64,000 nucleotides of DNA. It comes from Squalus acanthias. Taxonomy: Eukaryota. Location: the NCBI GenBank assembly GCA_030390025.1, contig CM059432.1, positions 16,618,001 to 16,682,000 on the forward strand, written 5' to 3'. The position numbers and the translations under genes are program-made. Positions 1 to 12,680 of the stretch are shown piece after piece. The notes beneath the pieces are model-generated. The model was not told where the DNA came from. It did no database searches and was given only the letters and a program-made list of their open reading frames with translations. Each line of letters opens with the position of its first letter. Within the stretch, counting starts at the first letter, position 1.

Positions 1-1920
1 GGTTTGGGGAAAATAGAGGAAGAAGCTGTAGAGTGATTATGGGGTTAGGGCAAAGGTATTGATGAATACAGAATGGCAGCGGTTGGGGGTGGGAAAGAGA
101 GAATGAGGCAGTTGAAAAAGCTGGGTGGGTGGTCTTAATCTCAGAAACATTGAGAAATAAAATAACTAAATTTGAACGTACAACTACTGGTCAGATTTTT
201 CTAATGCTTTCCGGTTATTGCCTTTATTCTCATGACATTAATACCAGATTTCGAGATATTGTCCACCTAAAGCAAACCCTGATACTCTTGTGCTCGACGG
301 TCCATTTTAAAACACTGTAAATTTATAATGCAGTAATTCAGAAACTTGAACCAGAAAGTCATGCAAAACAACTGAAAAGGTTCCAGTAATCTATGTGGCT
401 CAAGGCTCGTGTGTGAGCACCATTGATGCATATAAAGGCATTCTGTGTTAAGCTTGCATGTGAAGTTAGTAAAATATTTTTAAAGGGATGCGAAACTCCA
501 CTTGCTCAACAGTTTGTTCCAGCTACAGTAACCTGAACAATTTTTACTACAGTGATAACTTTACAGAAATTGAACATATTGAAATGTTTAACAGACATCA
601 ACTATCAACTCTACTTACTATACTTTATTAATCCATTATTGTGCAAATAAAGGGAATAAGGTTTAAAAATTCACATCGAAAAATTACAAAATTGTTACTC
701 AAGTTAACACTCTTGTGCAGAGAGTAACTTAAAAATGAGCTACGAAATCCACAGATCTAGAATTTCCTCCTCTCTCTCCATCATCCACCCACACTAGCAC
801 CACCCCCCCCCCCACCCCCCACCACCCCCCACAATCTAACTTATTTAAAAGAATACCGGAGGTAAAAATTCTTATTAGAGGCAGTTAACTAAAAAGTGGT
901 TACTAAGGACGATAATTAATATTTTACAATTATAACAAAGATTTTGACACACGCAACATTTACATAAGTCAGGTAGGCATGTGTTATAATTCAGTGGGCT
1001 TGGCTAATTCTAAACACATTGCCGAATTAGACACAGAGGCTTGATAAATTTAAACTGAAATAAAAGCAGCTGGCACAAAGAGTGTCAGTCTCGCAGCTGC
1101 AAAGTTTTGTATAAACCACTGTTTGTGCTAATTATCTCTACTGGCATCACAACTGTTCAACTTAAAAAAAAAGCTGTAAGAAAACTTGTTATAAATCTCC
1201 AACAAGTGTTCTGATGGTTAGAACGGAGAATATTTACTTAGTTCACTTATGCCATATCAATACTCTACTGCAATAGGCCATGCACTATAATCTAATCTTG
1301 CTATCACAGGACTCATAATTTAAACAGTTCTTAAAAATGAAATGTCATAATACTGTGTGGTTCCAACAAAATGTGTCAAAATTCTGAGAAAACTATTTGA
1401 AGCCCTATGTACAAGTCAACTTCATCCCACCACTGGATCGCAGGCTCTCTCATATCATCTCCTCCCTGTCCCTGTTGATGACTAGGACATATCTCTTCTA
1501 ATCTCTGCCATGCCTACGTAATCTGAATTCCGTATGTCCATTGGGGTGCACATTTTGCCTGTCGCTCCAACAGTTCTATTTTCTTTTGATTTCTTGGTCT
1601 CTCCCAAGCCTTTCTCTGCTGTCTCCTCCCATTACTGTTACCCAGTCATGCCACCTTTCATTTCTCCCCTCGCTGATACTTTGCTCTCTTAATCCTTACC
1701 CACACCCATCAATACTCCTTTGCCTTCCCACTCTCCTTCTACAGTTACAGGCTTGAAGCTCTTGGATAATCCCAGATACCTCTGTGCCTCTCGAAGAATT
1801 CTCCAAAAGGCTCACTGAAGCATCAGTTGCTGCCTCATGAGTAGGATTCCTAACTGCCTCATCCTTCTCTTGCACTGACCTTCTTGACCAGCTGCAGTAC
1901 ATCCTGAAGATAGCATACAC

Positions 1921-2220
1921 TGCTCTAGTAGCTACGGCATTTATGTGGCTGGTCCAGATGAGTTTCTGGTCAAGGGTGATCACCATGTTGTTTATGGTGG
2001 GAGATTCGACAATGGTAATGCCATTGAATGTCAAGGGTAGGTGGTTCGGCCCTGGCTTGTTGGAGATTGTCATTGCCTGGGACTTGTGTGGCACGAATTT
2101 TACTTGCTACATATCAGCCCAAACCTGCATGTTGTCCAGGTCTTGCTGCTCGTGGCCTGTCTTGCCTTGCCTCAGCCTTGCCTTGTGCACTTGCGTGCTG
2201 GGCTCCGCCATCATCGGGGA
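1921..2220 (-). mobile_element. CR1-clade LINE family B fragment (host element, left part)
   Basis: Encodes LTFNGITIVESPTIN...DQKLIWTSHINAVATRA, homologous to the copies at 27454, 46750 and 59805. Confidence 0.85.
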
Positions 2221-3764
2221 AAGAGGGAGCTGATCCGTTAGGACGACTCCACTTAAACCGGGCTGGGACCAGTGTCCTGGCAAATCGAAGAACCAGGGTG
2301 GTAGATAGGGCTTTAAACTAATAAGGGGGAAAGAGGGTTCAGGTAAGGGAAAATCTGTGAGTCTTAAGAGAAAAGTCAAGGCTGCAGAGCAGAGTAGCGA
2401 TTTGGGTAAAATCAAGCAGATTGTGTCAAGTAGGGACAGAGAGTTTAACAATGGTAATAGGATATTAACGACTAAGGCCACATAAGGGAAAAATAATAAA
2501 AAGTTAAAAATAAAGGTGCTATATCTGAATACACGAAGCATTCGTAACAAGATAAATGAATTAATGGCACAAATAGAGATGAATGGGTTTGATCTAGTAA
2601 CCATTACTGAGATGTGGTTGCAGGGTGACCAAGGTTAGGAATTAAATATTCCAGGGTACTTGACTTTTAGAAAAGATAGGCAAAATGGAAAAGGAGGTGG
2701 GGTAGCTCTGATAATAAAGGATGAGATAAAGGCAGTAGTGAGAAAGAATCTTAGCCCAGAAAATCAGGATGTAGAATCAGTATGGTGGAGCTAAGAAATA
2801 ACAAAGGGCAGAAAACACTGGTGGGAGTAGTTATAGGCCCCCTAACAGTAATCATAGTGTTGGACAGAGTATAAAAATCAGGAAATTAGAAGAGCATGTA
2901 ACAAGGGTAATGCAATAACCATGGGAGACTTTAATCTTCATATAGACTGGGCAAACCAAATTGGCAAAAGTAGCTTGGAGGACGAGTTCATAGAATGCAT
3001 TCAGGACAGTTTTCTCGAAGAATATGTTGAGGAACCAACTGGGGAACAGGCTATTTTAGATCTAGTGTATAATGAGACAGGGTTAATTAGCAATCTTATA
3101 GTAAAGGATCCTCTGGGGAAGAGTGATCATAATATGATAGAATTTCATATTAAGTTTGAGAGTGATGTGGTTAAGTCCGAAACTAGGGTCCTAAATGTAA
3201 ACAATGCCAATTATGGAGGTATGAGGGACGAGTTGGCTGAGGTAGATTGGGAAATTAGATTAAAAGATAAGCAGTGGCAAACATTTAAAGAAATAATTCA
3301 TATTTTTCAACGAATATACATTTCCTTGAGGAATAAAACTTCCACTGGAAAAGTGGTACAATTGTGGCTAACTAGAAAAGTTAAGGATATTAGATTAAAA
3401 GAGGCTTACAAAGTTGCCAAAAATAGTAAGCCTGAGGATTGAGAGGGTTTTAAAAATCAAGAAAGGATGACCAAGAAATTGAGGGAGAGAGAGAAAATAG
3501 ATTTCGAGAGTAAACTAGCAAGAAATATAAAAACGGATTCAAGAGCTTTTACAAATATGTAAAAAGGAACAGAGTAGCGAAATTAAGCGTTGGACTCTTA
3601 GAGGCTGAGACAGGTGAAATTATAATGGGGAATAAGCAAATGGCAGAGATGTTAAACAAATATTTTGTGCCTGTCTTCACAGTAGAAGACACAAATAACA
3701 TACCGGTAACTGTGGGGAACCAAGGGTCTAATGAGAGTGAGGAACTTAAAGTAATTATTGGTTT

Positions 3765-4323
3765 ATTAATATTTATAGGCCAGCACACCTGGCTGGCCTC
3801 TCACATTCTACCCTATGTAAACTTGAGGTCATCCAAAACTCGGCTGCCTGTCTCCTAACTCACACCAAGTCCCATTCACCTGTCACCCCTGTGCTCGCTG
3901 ACCTACATTGGCTCCCGGTTAAGCAACGTCTCGATTTCAAAATTCTCATCCTTGTTTTCAAATCCCTCCATGGCCTCGCCCCTCCCTATCTCTTTAATCT
4001 CCACCAGCCCCACAACGCTCCTCCCCCCCCCCACCCCGAGGTATCTGCGCTCCTCTAATTCTGCCCTCTTGAGCAGTCCTGATTATAATCGCTCAACCAT
4101 TGGTGGCCGTGCCTTCTGTTGTCTAGGCCCTAAGCTCTGGAATTCCCTGCCTAAACCTCTCCGCCTCTCTACCTCCCTTTCCTCCTTTAAGACGCTCCTT
4201 AAAACCTAGCTCACCTGCCCGAATGTGGCTCGTGTCAAATTTTTTGTCTTATAATACTCCTGTGAAGCACCTTGGGACGTTTTACTACGTTAAAAGTGCT
4301 ATATAAATACAAGTTGTTGTTGT
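3765..4323 (+). mobile_element. L2-clade LINE 3' fragment inserted in CR1
   Basis: LHWLPV..RLDFKILILVFKSLHGLAPPYL and GRAF...GPKLWNSLP are L2 ORF2 C-terminal motifs. Ends in a ...gctatataaatacaagttgttgttg tail. Confidence 0.85.
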
Positions 4324-4964
4324 AGTAAAGAAAAAGTACTGAAGAAATTAATGGGACTAAAAGCCAACAAATCATCTGGACCTGATGGCCTACAGCCGAG
4401 AGTTTTAAAAGAGGTGGCTGCAGAGATAGTGGATGCATTGGTTTTGATCTTCCAGAATTCCCTAGATTCTAGAATGGTCCCCGTGGATTGGAAAATAGCA
4501 ACCCCGCTGTTCAAGAAAGGAGGGAGAGAGGAAACAGGTACCTATAGGCCAGTTAGCCTGACATCAGTAGTAGGGAAAATGCTAGAATCTATTATTAAGG
4601 ACGTGGTAACAGGGCACTTGAAAAAGCACAATATTAGGTAGAGTGAACACGGTTTTATGAAAGGGAAATCGTGTTTGGCAAATCTATTAGCATTTTTAGA
4701 GGCTGTAACTAGCAGGGTAGATAAGGGGGAAACCAGTGGATGTAGTATACTTGGATTTTCCGAAGGCATTGCCACATAATAGGTTGTTACACAAGATTAG
4801 GGCTCATGGGGTTGGGGGTAATATATTAGCATGGATTGAGGATTGGTTAACGGTCAGAAAAAAGAGAGTAGAAATAAACGGGTCATTTTCAGAATGGCAG
4901 GGTGTAACGAGTGGTGTGCCGCAAGGATCAGTGCTTGGGCCTCAGCTATTTACAATATATATGA

Positions 4965-5391
4965 ATAGAAACATAGAATCTAGGAGCAGGAGTAGGCCAT
5001 TCGGCCCGTCAAGCCTGCTCCACCATTCAATACGATCATGGCTGATCACCCAAATCCAGTACCCTGTCCCTGCTTTAATCCCCACAGTACACATATCCCA
5101 CCCTACCCCCGTAACCCCACGTATTTAATTCCCCTTAACATATCCCATCCTATCCCCATAACCCCACATATTTAATCCCCCCTAACACTAAGGGTCAATT
5201 TATCATAGCCAAATCAACCTAACCCGCACATTTTTGGACTGTGGGAGGAAACCGGAGCGCCCGGAGGAAACCCACGCAGACACGAGGAGAATGTGCAAAC
5301 TCCACACAGACAGTCACCCGAGGTCAGATTCGAACCCGGGTCCCTGGCGCTGTGAGGCACCAGTGCTAACCACTATGCCACCGTGTTGCCC
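4965..5391 (-). mobile_element. tRNA-derived V-SINE (HE1-like) with CR1-derived tail
   Basis: Minus-strand A box TGGCATAGTGG and B box GGTTCGAATC, V-domain (tgtgtggagtttgcacattctcc...tgggtttcctccggg) and a CR1-like 3' tail. Interrupts the host RT at TIY.N|DEGTK. Confidence 0.9.
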
Positions 5392-5520
5392 TGATGAGGG
5401 GACCAAGTGCAATATATCCAAGCTTGCTGATGATACAAAGCTATGTGGGAAAGTAAGCAGCGAGGGGGACATAAGGAGGCTGCAAAGGGATATAGACTGG
5501 TTAAGTGATTGGACAAGAAT

Positions 5521-5903
5521 GTTGAGAGGAGATTTGATAGAGGTGTTCAAAATCATGAGGGGTCTGGACAGAGTAGATAGAGAGAAACTGTTCCCAGTGG
5601 CGGAAGGGTCGAGAACCAGAGGACACGGATTTAAGGTGATTGGCAGAAGAACCAAAGGTGACATGAGGAAAAACTTTTTTACGCAATGAGTGGTTAGGAT
5701 CTGGAATGTACTTCCTGAAAGGGTGGTGAAGGCACATTCAATCGTGGCTTTCAAAAATGAATTGGATAAGTACCTGAAGGAAAAATATTTGCAGAGCTAC
5801 GGGGATGGGGCAGGGGAGCGTGACTAGCTGAAGTGCTCTTGGAGAGCTGGCACAGGCTTGCCGGACCGAATGGCCTCCTTCTGTGCTGTAACCATTCTAT
5901 GAT
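5521..5903 (+). mobile_element. 5'-truncated CR1 3' end nested inside the RT region of another CR1
   Basis: LRGDLIEVFKIM...KNFFTQ plus a 3' UTR ending ccattctatgat. The host reading frame resumes afterwards. Confidence 0.85.
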
Positions 5904-6726
5904 TGGAGATGGAATATCATGTGGGGAAGTGTGAAATTATCCACTTTGGTAGGAAGAATGGAAAACCGGAAAATTTTGTAAAACGAGAGAGAGACAAGTA
6001 AATGTTGGGATTCTGAGGGATTTGGGTGACCTTGTACACGAAACACAGAAAGTTAACATGTTGGTACAGCAAGCAATTAGGAAGGCAAATGGTATGTTAG
6101 TCTTTATTGCAAGGGGGTTGGAGTATAAGAGTAAGGAAGTCTTGCTGCAATTATATAGGGCTTTGGTGAGACCACACCTGGAGTACTGTGTACAGATCTG
6201 GTCTCCTTACCCAAGGAAGGACATACTTGCCTTAGAGGGGGTGCAACGAAGGTTCATGAGATTGATTCCTGGGATGAGGGGGCTGTCCTATGAGGAGAGA
6301 TTGAGTAGAATGGACCTATATTCTCTGGAGTTTAGAAGAATGAGAGGTAATCTCATTGAAGTGTATAACATTCTTAGAGGGCTTGACAGGGTAGATGGTG
6401 AGAGGCTGTTTCCCTTGGCTGGAGAGTCTAGAACTAGGGGTCATAGTCTCAGGATAAGGGGTTGTCCATTTAGGACTGAGATGAGGAGAAATTTCTTCCC
6501 CCACAGGGTTGTGAATCTTTGAATTCTCTACCCCAGAGGGCTGTGGATGCTCAGTTGCTGAGTATATTCAAGGCTGAGATAGATAGATTTTTGGACTCTA
6601 GGGGAAATCAAGGGATATGGAGATCAGGCGGGAAAGTGGAGTTGATGTAGAAGTTCAGCCATGATCTTGTTGAATGGTGGAGCAGGTTCGAGGGGCCATA
6701 TGGCCCACGATTTCTTATGTTCTTAT

Positions 6727-7150
6727 GGGGATATTCATGGATCCTCCACCTCCTGTTATTTGCTTCATTGTCCACCACCATTCATGACTATACGTGGCAG
6801 GTCTGCAGAGCTTGGACCTGATCTGTTGGTTGTGGGATCGTTTGGCTCTATCTATAGCATGCATGTAGTCCTGTGTTAAAGCTTCACCCTGTTGGCACTT
6901 CATTTTCAGGTGTGCCTGGTGATGCTTCTGGCATGTTCTTCTAGATTCCTCTTTGAACCAAGGTTGGTCACCTAGCTTGATGGTGATGGAGGAGTGGGGG
7001 ATATGACGGGAATACGAAATTAGATGGTGGTGTAATACAATTCTGCTGCTGCCGATGGCCCATTACGCCTCATGAATACCCAGTTTTGAGCTGCTAGATC
7101 TGTTCTTAATCTAACCCACTTAGCACGGTGGTATTGTCACACGACACGCA
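6727..7150 (-). mobile_element. CR1-clade LINE family B fragment (continuation of 1921-2220)
   Basis: DRAKRSHNQQIRSKLC...EWWWTMKQITGGGGSMNIP. Joins colinearly to 2220 when compared with the copy at 61500-61560. Confidence 0.85.
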
Positions 7151-9935
7151 TACACATCACTGGGGCATGTGAAGAAACTTTGAAGTTTGAACAAAAATTG
7201 CACAGATAATACAGGTTAGCACGTTAAGTTGAGGAAGAAACTGTCATGGTACTGTATCAAATGTCCTTGGTCTATTTTTTAGTTTGTGATGCCTTTTGTA
7301 CAATATGATTAATTAGAGAACCAGAATAGAAAACAAACGCAAAGCCTACAGACAGATTGCCAATAGAAAGACAAGCATTGATACTACAAGCGTCATGACA
7401 CACAAAAAGAAATTAGACAGACAGGTAGGATTCCACAACAATTTTGTTTAAAAAGTGAATGTTGAAGATTCTATTGGAAACTTGGCTTGGATAAATTACT
7501 GAACTATTGTGATGGGGCTGAATTAGCAACAGGTAATAGGATGCCCCTGAGATCACATCATTTTAAGTATGTATGCTAATGCAATTTCCTTACATGGTCA
7601 GATTCAAGACAATATTCCCTGAAACAATAATCTCATCAACACTCACTGTTCAAACAAAAATAATCAATAGAAATCGAATCATAAAAATACTTATCACTGA
7701 CCACTGGGCATGACAATCTATAACATCGTAACGGTGCATGTCTAACCTGGGTACTTAGTGACATATTATGGCAACAGCACATGTCGTGATGCATCACCCA
7801 ATGCAAGTGGGTACTAAACCGTTTCTATACAGCAAGCAGTAACATGATATAAAAAAGAATACATAAATACTCCTACAGTAAGGCTTACTTACATCTCAAC
7901 ACCTAGCCCACTTGCATCAACCTCTAACTGTGTCACTTGTGTGAACAAAATCAAATATCTCTGCAGCTCTGCTGAGGGAAAGAGCTCAGAAATATGAATG
8001 TGGACTCGAGTAATTTGAAGGAACCACTGTGTCATTGCCAGGCTACCAGCATCATTCAGATTAACTGCACATCAATTCTGGTCCTCCCAGCTATTCGCTG
8101 GGACTCACTCTCCAGACCTCAACCCCCCCTGCCTTTTGGTGCACCCCACTGTTTGAGAATCACTTTTCTATTTAATAACTGCAAGCAATATAGAAAAGTG
8201 GTGCAACTTATTTTGTTGGAATATTGCCTTGCTCACTGACAAATCCATAGCTGGAACAAATTTCAAACCTGTGCAGTCCAACTTGTTTTTGTGATCACTT
8301 TATTGCAAAGGTTAATTCTTATTCCCAAAATTTCTCCTTTGATACATATGGAACATAATTTTTTCATGCATTCAAAGCCTTTCTGCAATGGTTCTGTACC
8401 TAATAATTATACGTTGTGATAGAACATAAAGTCACGTAATCCCAGAGTTTCTTTCAAATGTTTTGGTGAATTTTAGGCACCCAATGTCAGCATCAAGCAC
8501 TTGCACGTCAGGTAAAGCATAGATAAATGCGAAGTAAAGCTTAAGTTGATCCAAAAATATGCCATAACCTCAGAAAAAAAATCCCTCATTGTACTATTCT
8601 GACAACATATCTTCCCTGCCAAATACCCCTTGACCTCAATGAGATTGCCACCTTAGCGCCAAACATGAACCAGTTTTGCACTGTGTTCTGAGCCTACTAG
8701 GAACTGGGTCAAGATTCCTCAAATTCACTTTGGTTTCTCAATTATATATTTTTTTCAAATCACATAAGGAGACCTGCATCTGACCACTTTGGGTTGGATT
8801 GAAAACCAAGTCCCTGAAGTGAAAGGACAGAGTGCAACTCACTATGGCATCCAATTGTTTAGTTTATTTCATTTTGTGGCACATCAAAAGCAACCATAAC
8901 CTGACAAAATTAAACACCAAGTCTGCCTCCAAATTCTCTTTAATTAGTCAATACTGTAATGCAAAGTTGGTTGCATTCATTTACTTTTGGTGCTGTCAGA
9001 CTTACAGCTATAGCTAATGCCATAAGCTTATGTTAGAACCTAGTCTATCCAGATTGCAAAGGGACAGCTATAAAAGTAAACCAAACATAGCTCAGTAGTG
9101 AATCAGAATTGGGGGAGATTTCATTCCTCCTCCCAGTTAAGGCTTTATCTTGATAAATATTTAAAATTAAATAAATATAATGCTAGGAGTATGCATTAGA
9201 GCTCCATTCCATGATGGTCATGATTACATAGAATGGTCAGATCTCATTTATCGAGGTCAGAAATAATCCAATAGCCAGTGTTCATTTGATTAAGGCACAA
9301 TTTCACAGGGATGGCATAGCATGCTGGAGTCATTGATGATAGTATTTGAAGGGGGGGTGGGGGGGGGCGGCGGCAGGAGAACCATGCCTGTGCTTCTCAT
9401 GCAATGAGTTCCTGATTTCAACTATGTTGTTATGGAATAATATTGAGCAAAGAGCAGGCATCTTCCTATGAGGAGGAAAAGAATGAATGGCCGCCCTAGG
9501 TTGCTCTCACATACCCCCATTAACTAACTATTGTTAGAAGGCTAACAGAAAAATCATCCCCCTGACTAGCCCCAAAAGATGGTGCAAGGGAAACCAGAGG
9601 AAAAAATAACATAATTAATGCAAAAAAAAATCCAAACAACACCACAGCATATTTTTGGTAGTTACATTGAGAGCAGTTAGTACATTTTATAGTCATTGAT
9701 TTACATGCACAGGATGAGAATTTTGATAGAAAATATGCTAGATTTTTAGTTTAAAATAAGTTTTTTAAAAAAGGAACTGCTTAAGAATAGTCTGTTGGGT
9801 GATACATGTGGACAAGTTGAACTGTACATTTTCCTAATATCATAAACTAAAACCAAAAGCAACTCCTAAAACATGAATTAATGTGGTTAGCAAGTTTGAA
9901 TTCTTTGTAATTTTAATTTTAAACATAACCATTAC

Positions 9936-9953
9936 CGTCCCCACTAATTTCAT
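9936..9953 (-). CDS. PTK2: PTK2/FAK neural microexon 'box 6' (18 nt, phase 1-1): DEISGD
   Basis: Minus strand reads ...ctctctcgctgcctggattcacag|ATGAAATTAGTGGGGACG|gtaatg. With the phase-1 G from upstream it encodes DEISGD, the known FAK box 6 peptide. Confidence 0.93.
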
Positions 9954-10032
9954 CTGTGAATCCAGGCAGCGAGAGAGAAAAAGAGAGAGAAACAAGGAGG
10001 GGAAAAAAGTGGAAAAATTGCATTATTGTCAG
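9954..10032 (-). promoter_or_regulatory. 3' splice-site region of the box 6 microexon: branch-point-like CTGAC, long CU-rich polypyrimidine tract and UGC at about -15
   Basis: Minus strand: ctgacaataatgcaatttttccacttttttcccctccttgtttctctctctttttctctctcgcTGCctggattcacag. This layout is typical of SRRM4/PTBP-regulated microexons. Confidence 0.7.
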
Positions 10033-10348
10033 AGGCAAGAAACAAAAGGCGTTGATCAACCTTAAGGAACAAGGAGGTCAGAAAATGCAAGAAAATATGA
10101 ATTACATGAGATTATTAGAACAAATGAAAAGTAACTAAATTAAGGTTTGGTTTAAAAATATATTTATAAATCGAATAAAACTCCAAGTTAATCCCTACCC
10201 CTAAATTTGGGATAAATTATCGAAGATATTAACACCGGAAATTAAACCAATTTCCACACTTGGCAGCATCTGTCAACATCAACCACTCCCTCTTCAAGTG
10301 CAGCCTGTCCAGATACAGAGCAAATCTCACTCTACTCTGCCCATCAAT

Positions 10349-11046
10349 GGCCCGTAATTTGCGGTCAGCGGTGAAGCATAGGCGTTCGTTGCTGGCCCCA
10401 AAGTAAGCTTGCCACAAAGATCTCGCGATTTCTGTGGCGAGGGGATCGACTTTTCCCGACATTCAGCTGAGAACCCCTAACGCGAGCTGCTGTGACGTCA
10501 ACAAGCTGTCTGAGCAGCCAATCACAATGCAGAATTCTCTCAGCCCAGGAACCAAGTAAGCTCCTTTTATTCTAACTCTTTAAAAAATGTTATAGAGAGC
10601 AAAAACAAAGATTGAGGCTCTCACATGGGGAAAAGTTAAACCTGAAATAAAGATTAAAAAACTTCAATTTTTTTTTTAAGTTTCTTAAAAAAATTATTTT
10701 TATTAAAATGGATAAATATGACACTCCACAAAATTAAAATTAGTTTTTCAGGGCCATAACGTTTGTTTCGCAGTCAATATGCTGTTAAAACCCCAGTTAC
10801 ACCTAATCCAGAAGGGTCTAACATTTAATATGATGTTTAACAGCGATATTACTGTGGAAAAGCCAAAGTTTTCGTCAGTTTCAATGATTTCCCTGATTGT
10901 CGGCTATGTGGGGGTGTGTGGGGGTATGGCACAGCGCAGCCAGTGTCGGAGCAGTGAATGACTGACCGCAACTTCAGGATTTCTGCGTTAGGATGCACAT
11001 GCGCTAAATCCTGAAGTTGCAGTCAGTTTCCCGCAAATTCCGGGCC
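10349..11046. mobile_element. Non-autonomous DNA transposon (MITE), PIF/Harbinger-like
   Basis: TIRs ggcccgtaatttgcgg / ccgcaaattccgggcc, flanked by AAT on both sides. Related to 52464-52936. Confidence 0.8.
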
Positions 11047-12599
11047 AATATGTTTAAAAGCAAGAAGAACCTCGCTGTGTGAATGTTTAATACTCCTGTC
11101 AACCATCTTTTGTGCTATGGATTCATGCTCACCAGGCTGACAAAACTGAAACCTATTTCACTTGGGACCCAGGAGCCAGCAGAGAGGGGGGACTTCCACC
11201 CAATTAGTTTGGACTGGATTCAGACCCAAGCTTTCAACTACCCAGGTCCCTCATGGAAGTAATCTGATGCATTTTAAAGCAGCAGGGTCTGGGCTCAAGA
11301 CTGCAGAGGGGAAAGGAAACAGAGAGGTATGTTGCCATGGGTTTCTCTTGTGCACTCTGTGGTCACCCCAACAGAGTATTGGCAAAAACTTTTGCGAGGG
11401 CCTGGGACAGGAGCAGGACAGAAACCAAACACTTAATCAGTAGTAATCATTGCTGAAACTTTACAATGTGCAGCAACATTTTGTCCATACAGCCCTTAAA
11501 CTTAAGATAATGATAAATTATTCAGACACTGTGTTGAATGTTCTCAGTAGATTCCTTCAAAAAAAAACAAATGTGCATACCAGTTGTCACAGTAGTTTGA
11601 GTGGCCAAAATGTGTTTTTTTTTAAAAAAGTGTAAGAAGATAGTTTTAATACTGAAGAGTTCCTTTTGTGCATACCTTGATTTCAAAGGAATAAGTATTG
11701 CTAAAAATACTGTAAAGCTTCAGTAAATTTGTTAAAAACATTAGAAAAAATACAGGGTAATAAATCAGTTGGCATTTTCTGACATTTTGCTCTACTTTCA
11801 ACTTAAAATGGAAAGAGACATTAAACACAGAATGTTTAACTCAGTGTTTTCAATGAAGATCATATTGCTAAATACAAGATTCTCAAATTTCCTATAGGAA
11901 GTATAAATTGAAAATATGAGAGTAGAACAATTCCTAGCTCAAAAAGCAGAATGAATGGAAGCACAACTGTAAGACATGGTATTAGTGAACAAGCAAAGTA
12001 TAGTGAGTGCACGTTGGAAGTTATACTATCAGGCCATCAACTGTAAGCAGTCTGCAAAACGTGCAAATATATGTTACTTGAAGGTGACTTAACATTCTTG
12101 CACCACATATCTCCATATTTTTATCATTCTGATGACATTAGTCATACAATTTACTTTGCTTTCTCTATCACAATAAGACCATTCTTTTTCTGTTTTAGGA
12201 AGAAATTTTCCTTAACATTTATCAGTGACTTTCTACAGTAAATTTCAGTTTTTGGAAACTAGATAAATACTAGTAAATAAATGTTTTAAACTTGGTCATC
12301 CAAGTCTACTAAGCCGTTTGATTTTAGCGTACATACAATTGTGTCCATTTATATAAATCACCTTTAAATACAAAGATCATCATTCAATTTTATTGAATGA
12401 ATAGCTCTGAGTGATCAGACAGGTTATAAAAGGTACATATTCCAAATGATAATTTGCACAAACACGATAAACAGAAGTGCTGTTTAAAGACTAGTGTGCA
12501 ATCTCAACCACAAAGCTGAGGAGTTAGACCGCAGATTGAAATTAAATTCATCAAGGCAATGCTCCATATTTTTCATAAAGTCAAACAGCAATCCAGTAC

Positions 12600-12680
12600 C
12601 CTTGGGTGTGTGAAGAGAACAGAGGATGAAAGGAAGAAAGCGCCTGGCTTTCTTAACTCTGGGCTGGCAATGATTCATTC
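12600..12680 (-). CDS. PTK2: PTK2/FAK alternative exon homologous to 'box 28' (81 nt, phase 1-1): (G)MNHCQPRVKKARRFLPFILCSLHTPK
   Basis: Strongly similar to mammalian box 28 (recalled: GVSHCQHKVKKARRFLPLVFCSL...). Correct position between the SVS exon and box 6. Acceptor ctttcctttattctttgtcatcactaaag. The donor AAGG|gtactg is weak, so the 3' end is less certain. Confidence 0.85.

Larger units (their letters stand above)
2221..6726 (+). mobile_element. Degenerate CR1 LINE family A (end of ORF1 esterase, APE endonuclease, RT, 3' tail) containing three nested insertions
   Basis: LHLNRAGTSVLA (ORF1 end), GDFNLHIDW / SDHNMIEF (APE), [23 protein letters not shown] and KLADD (RT). Ends in a ttcttatg repeat tail. 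Confidence 0.93.

Noticed and set aside
1696..1920. Non-LINE extension of ORF 1696-2094 as a possible exon
   Set aside because: No similarity to FAK or any protein I recognise. It is read-through from a LINE fragment into flanking DNA.
5234..5689. 151-aa ORF
   Set aside because: A chimera of antisense SINE, host CR1 and nested CR1 sequence.
1..9935. Expected next PTK2 exon containing Tyr397 (ETDDYAEIIDEEDTYTMP) and box 7
   Set aside because: No matching sequence found by eye on the minus strand. It probably lies beyond the left edge of the window.
9883..10138. Plus-strand Lys/Glu/Arg-rich ORFs
   Set aside because: They are the antisense reading of the box 6 polypyrimidine tract.
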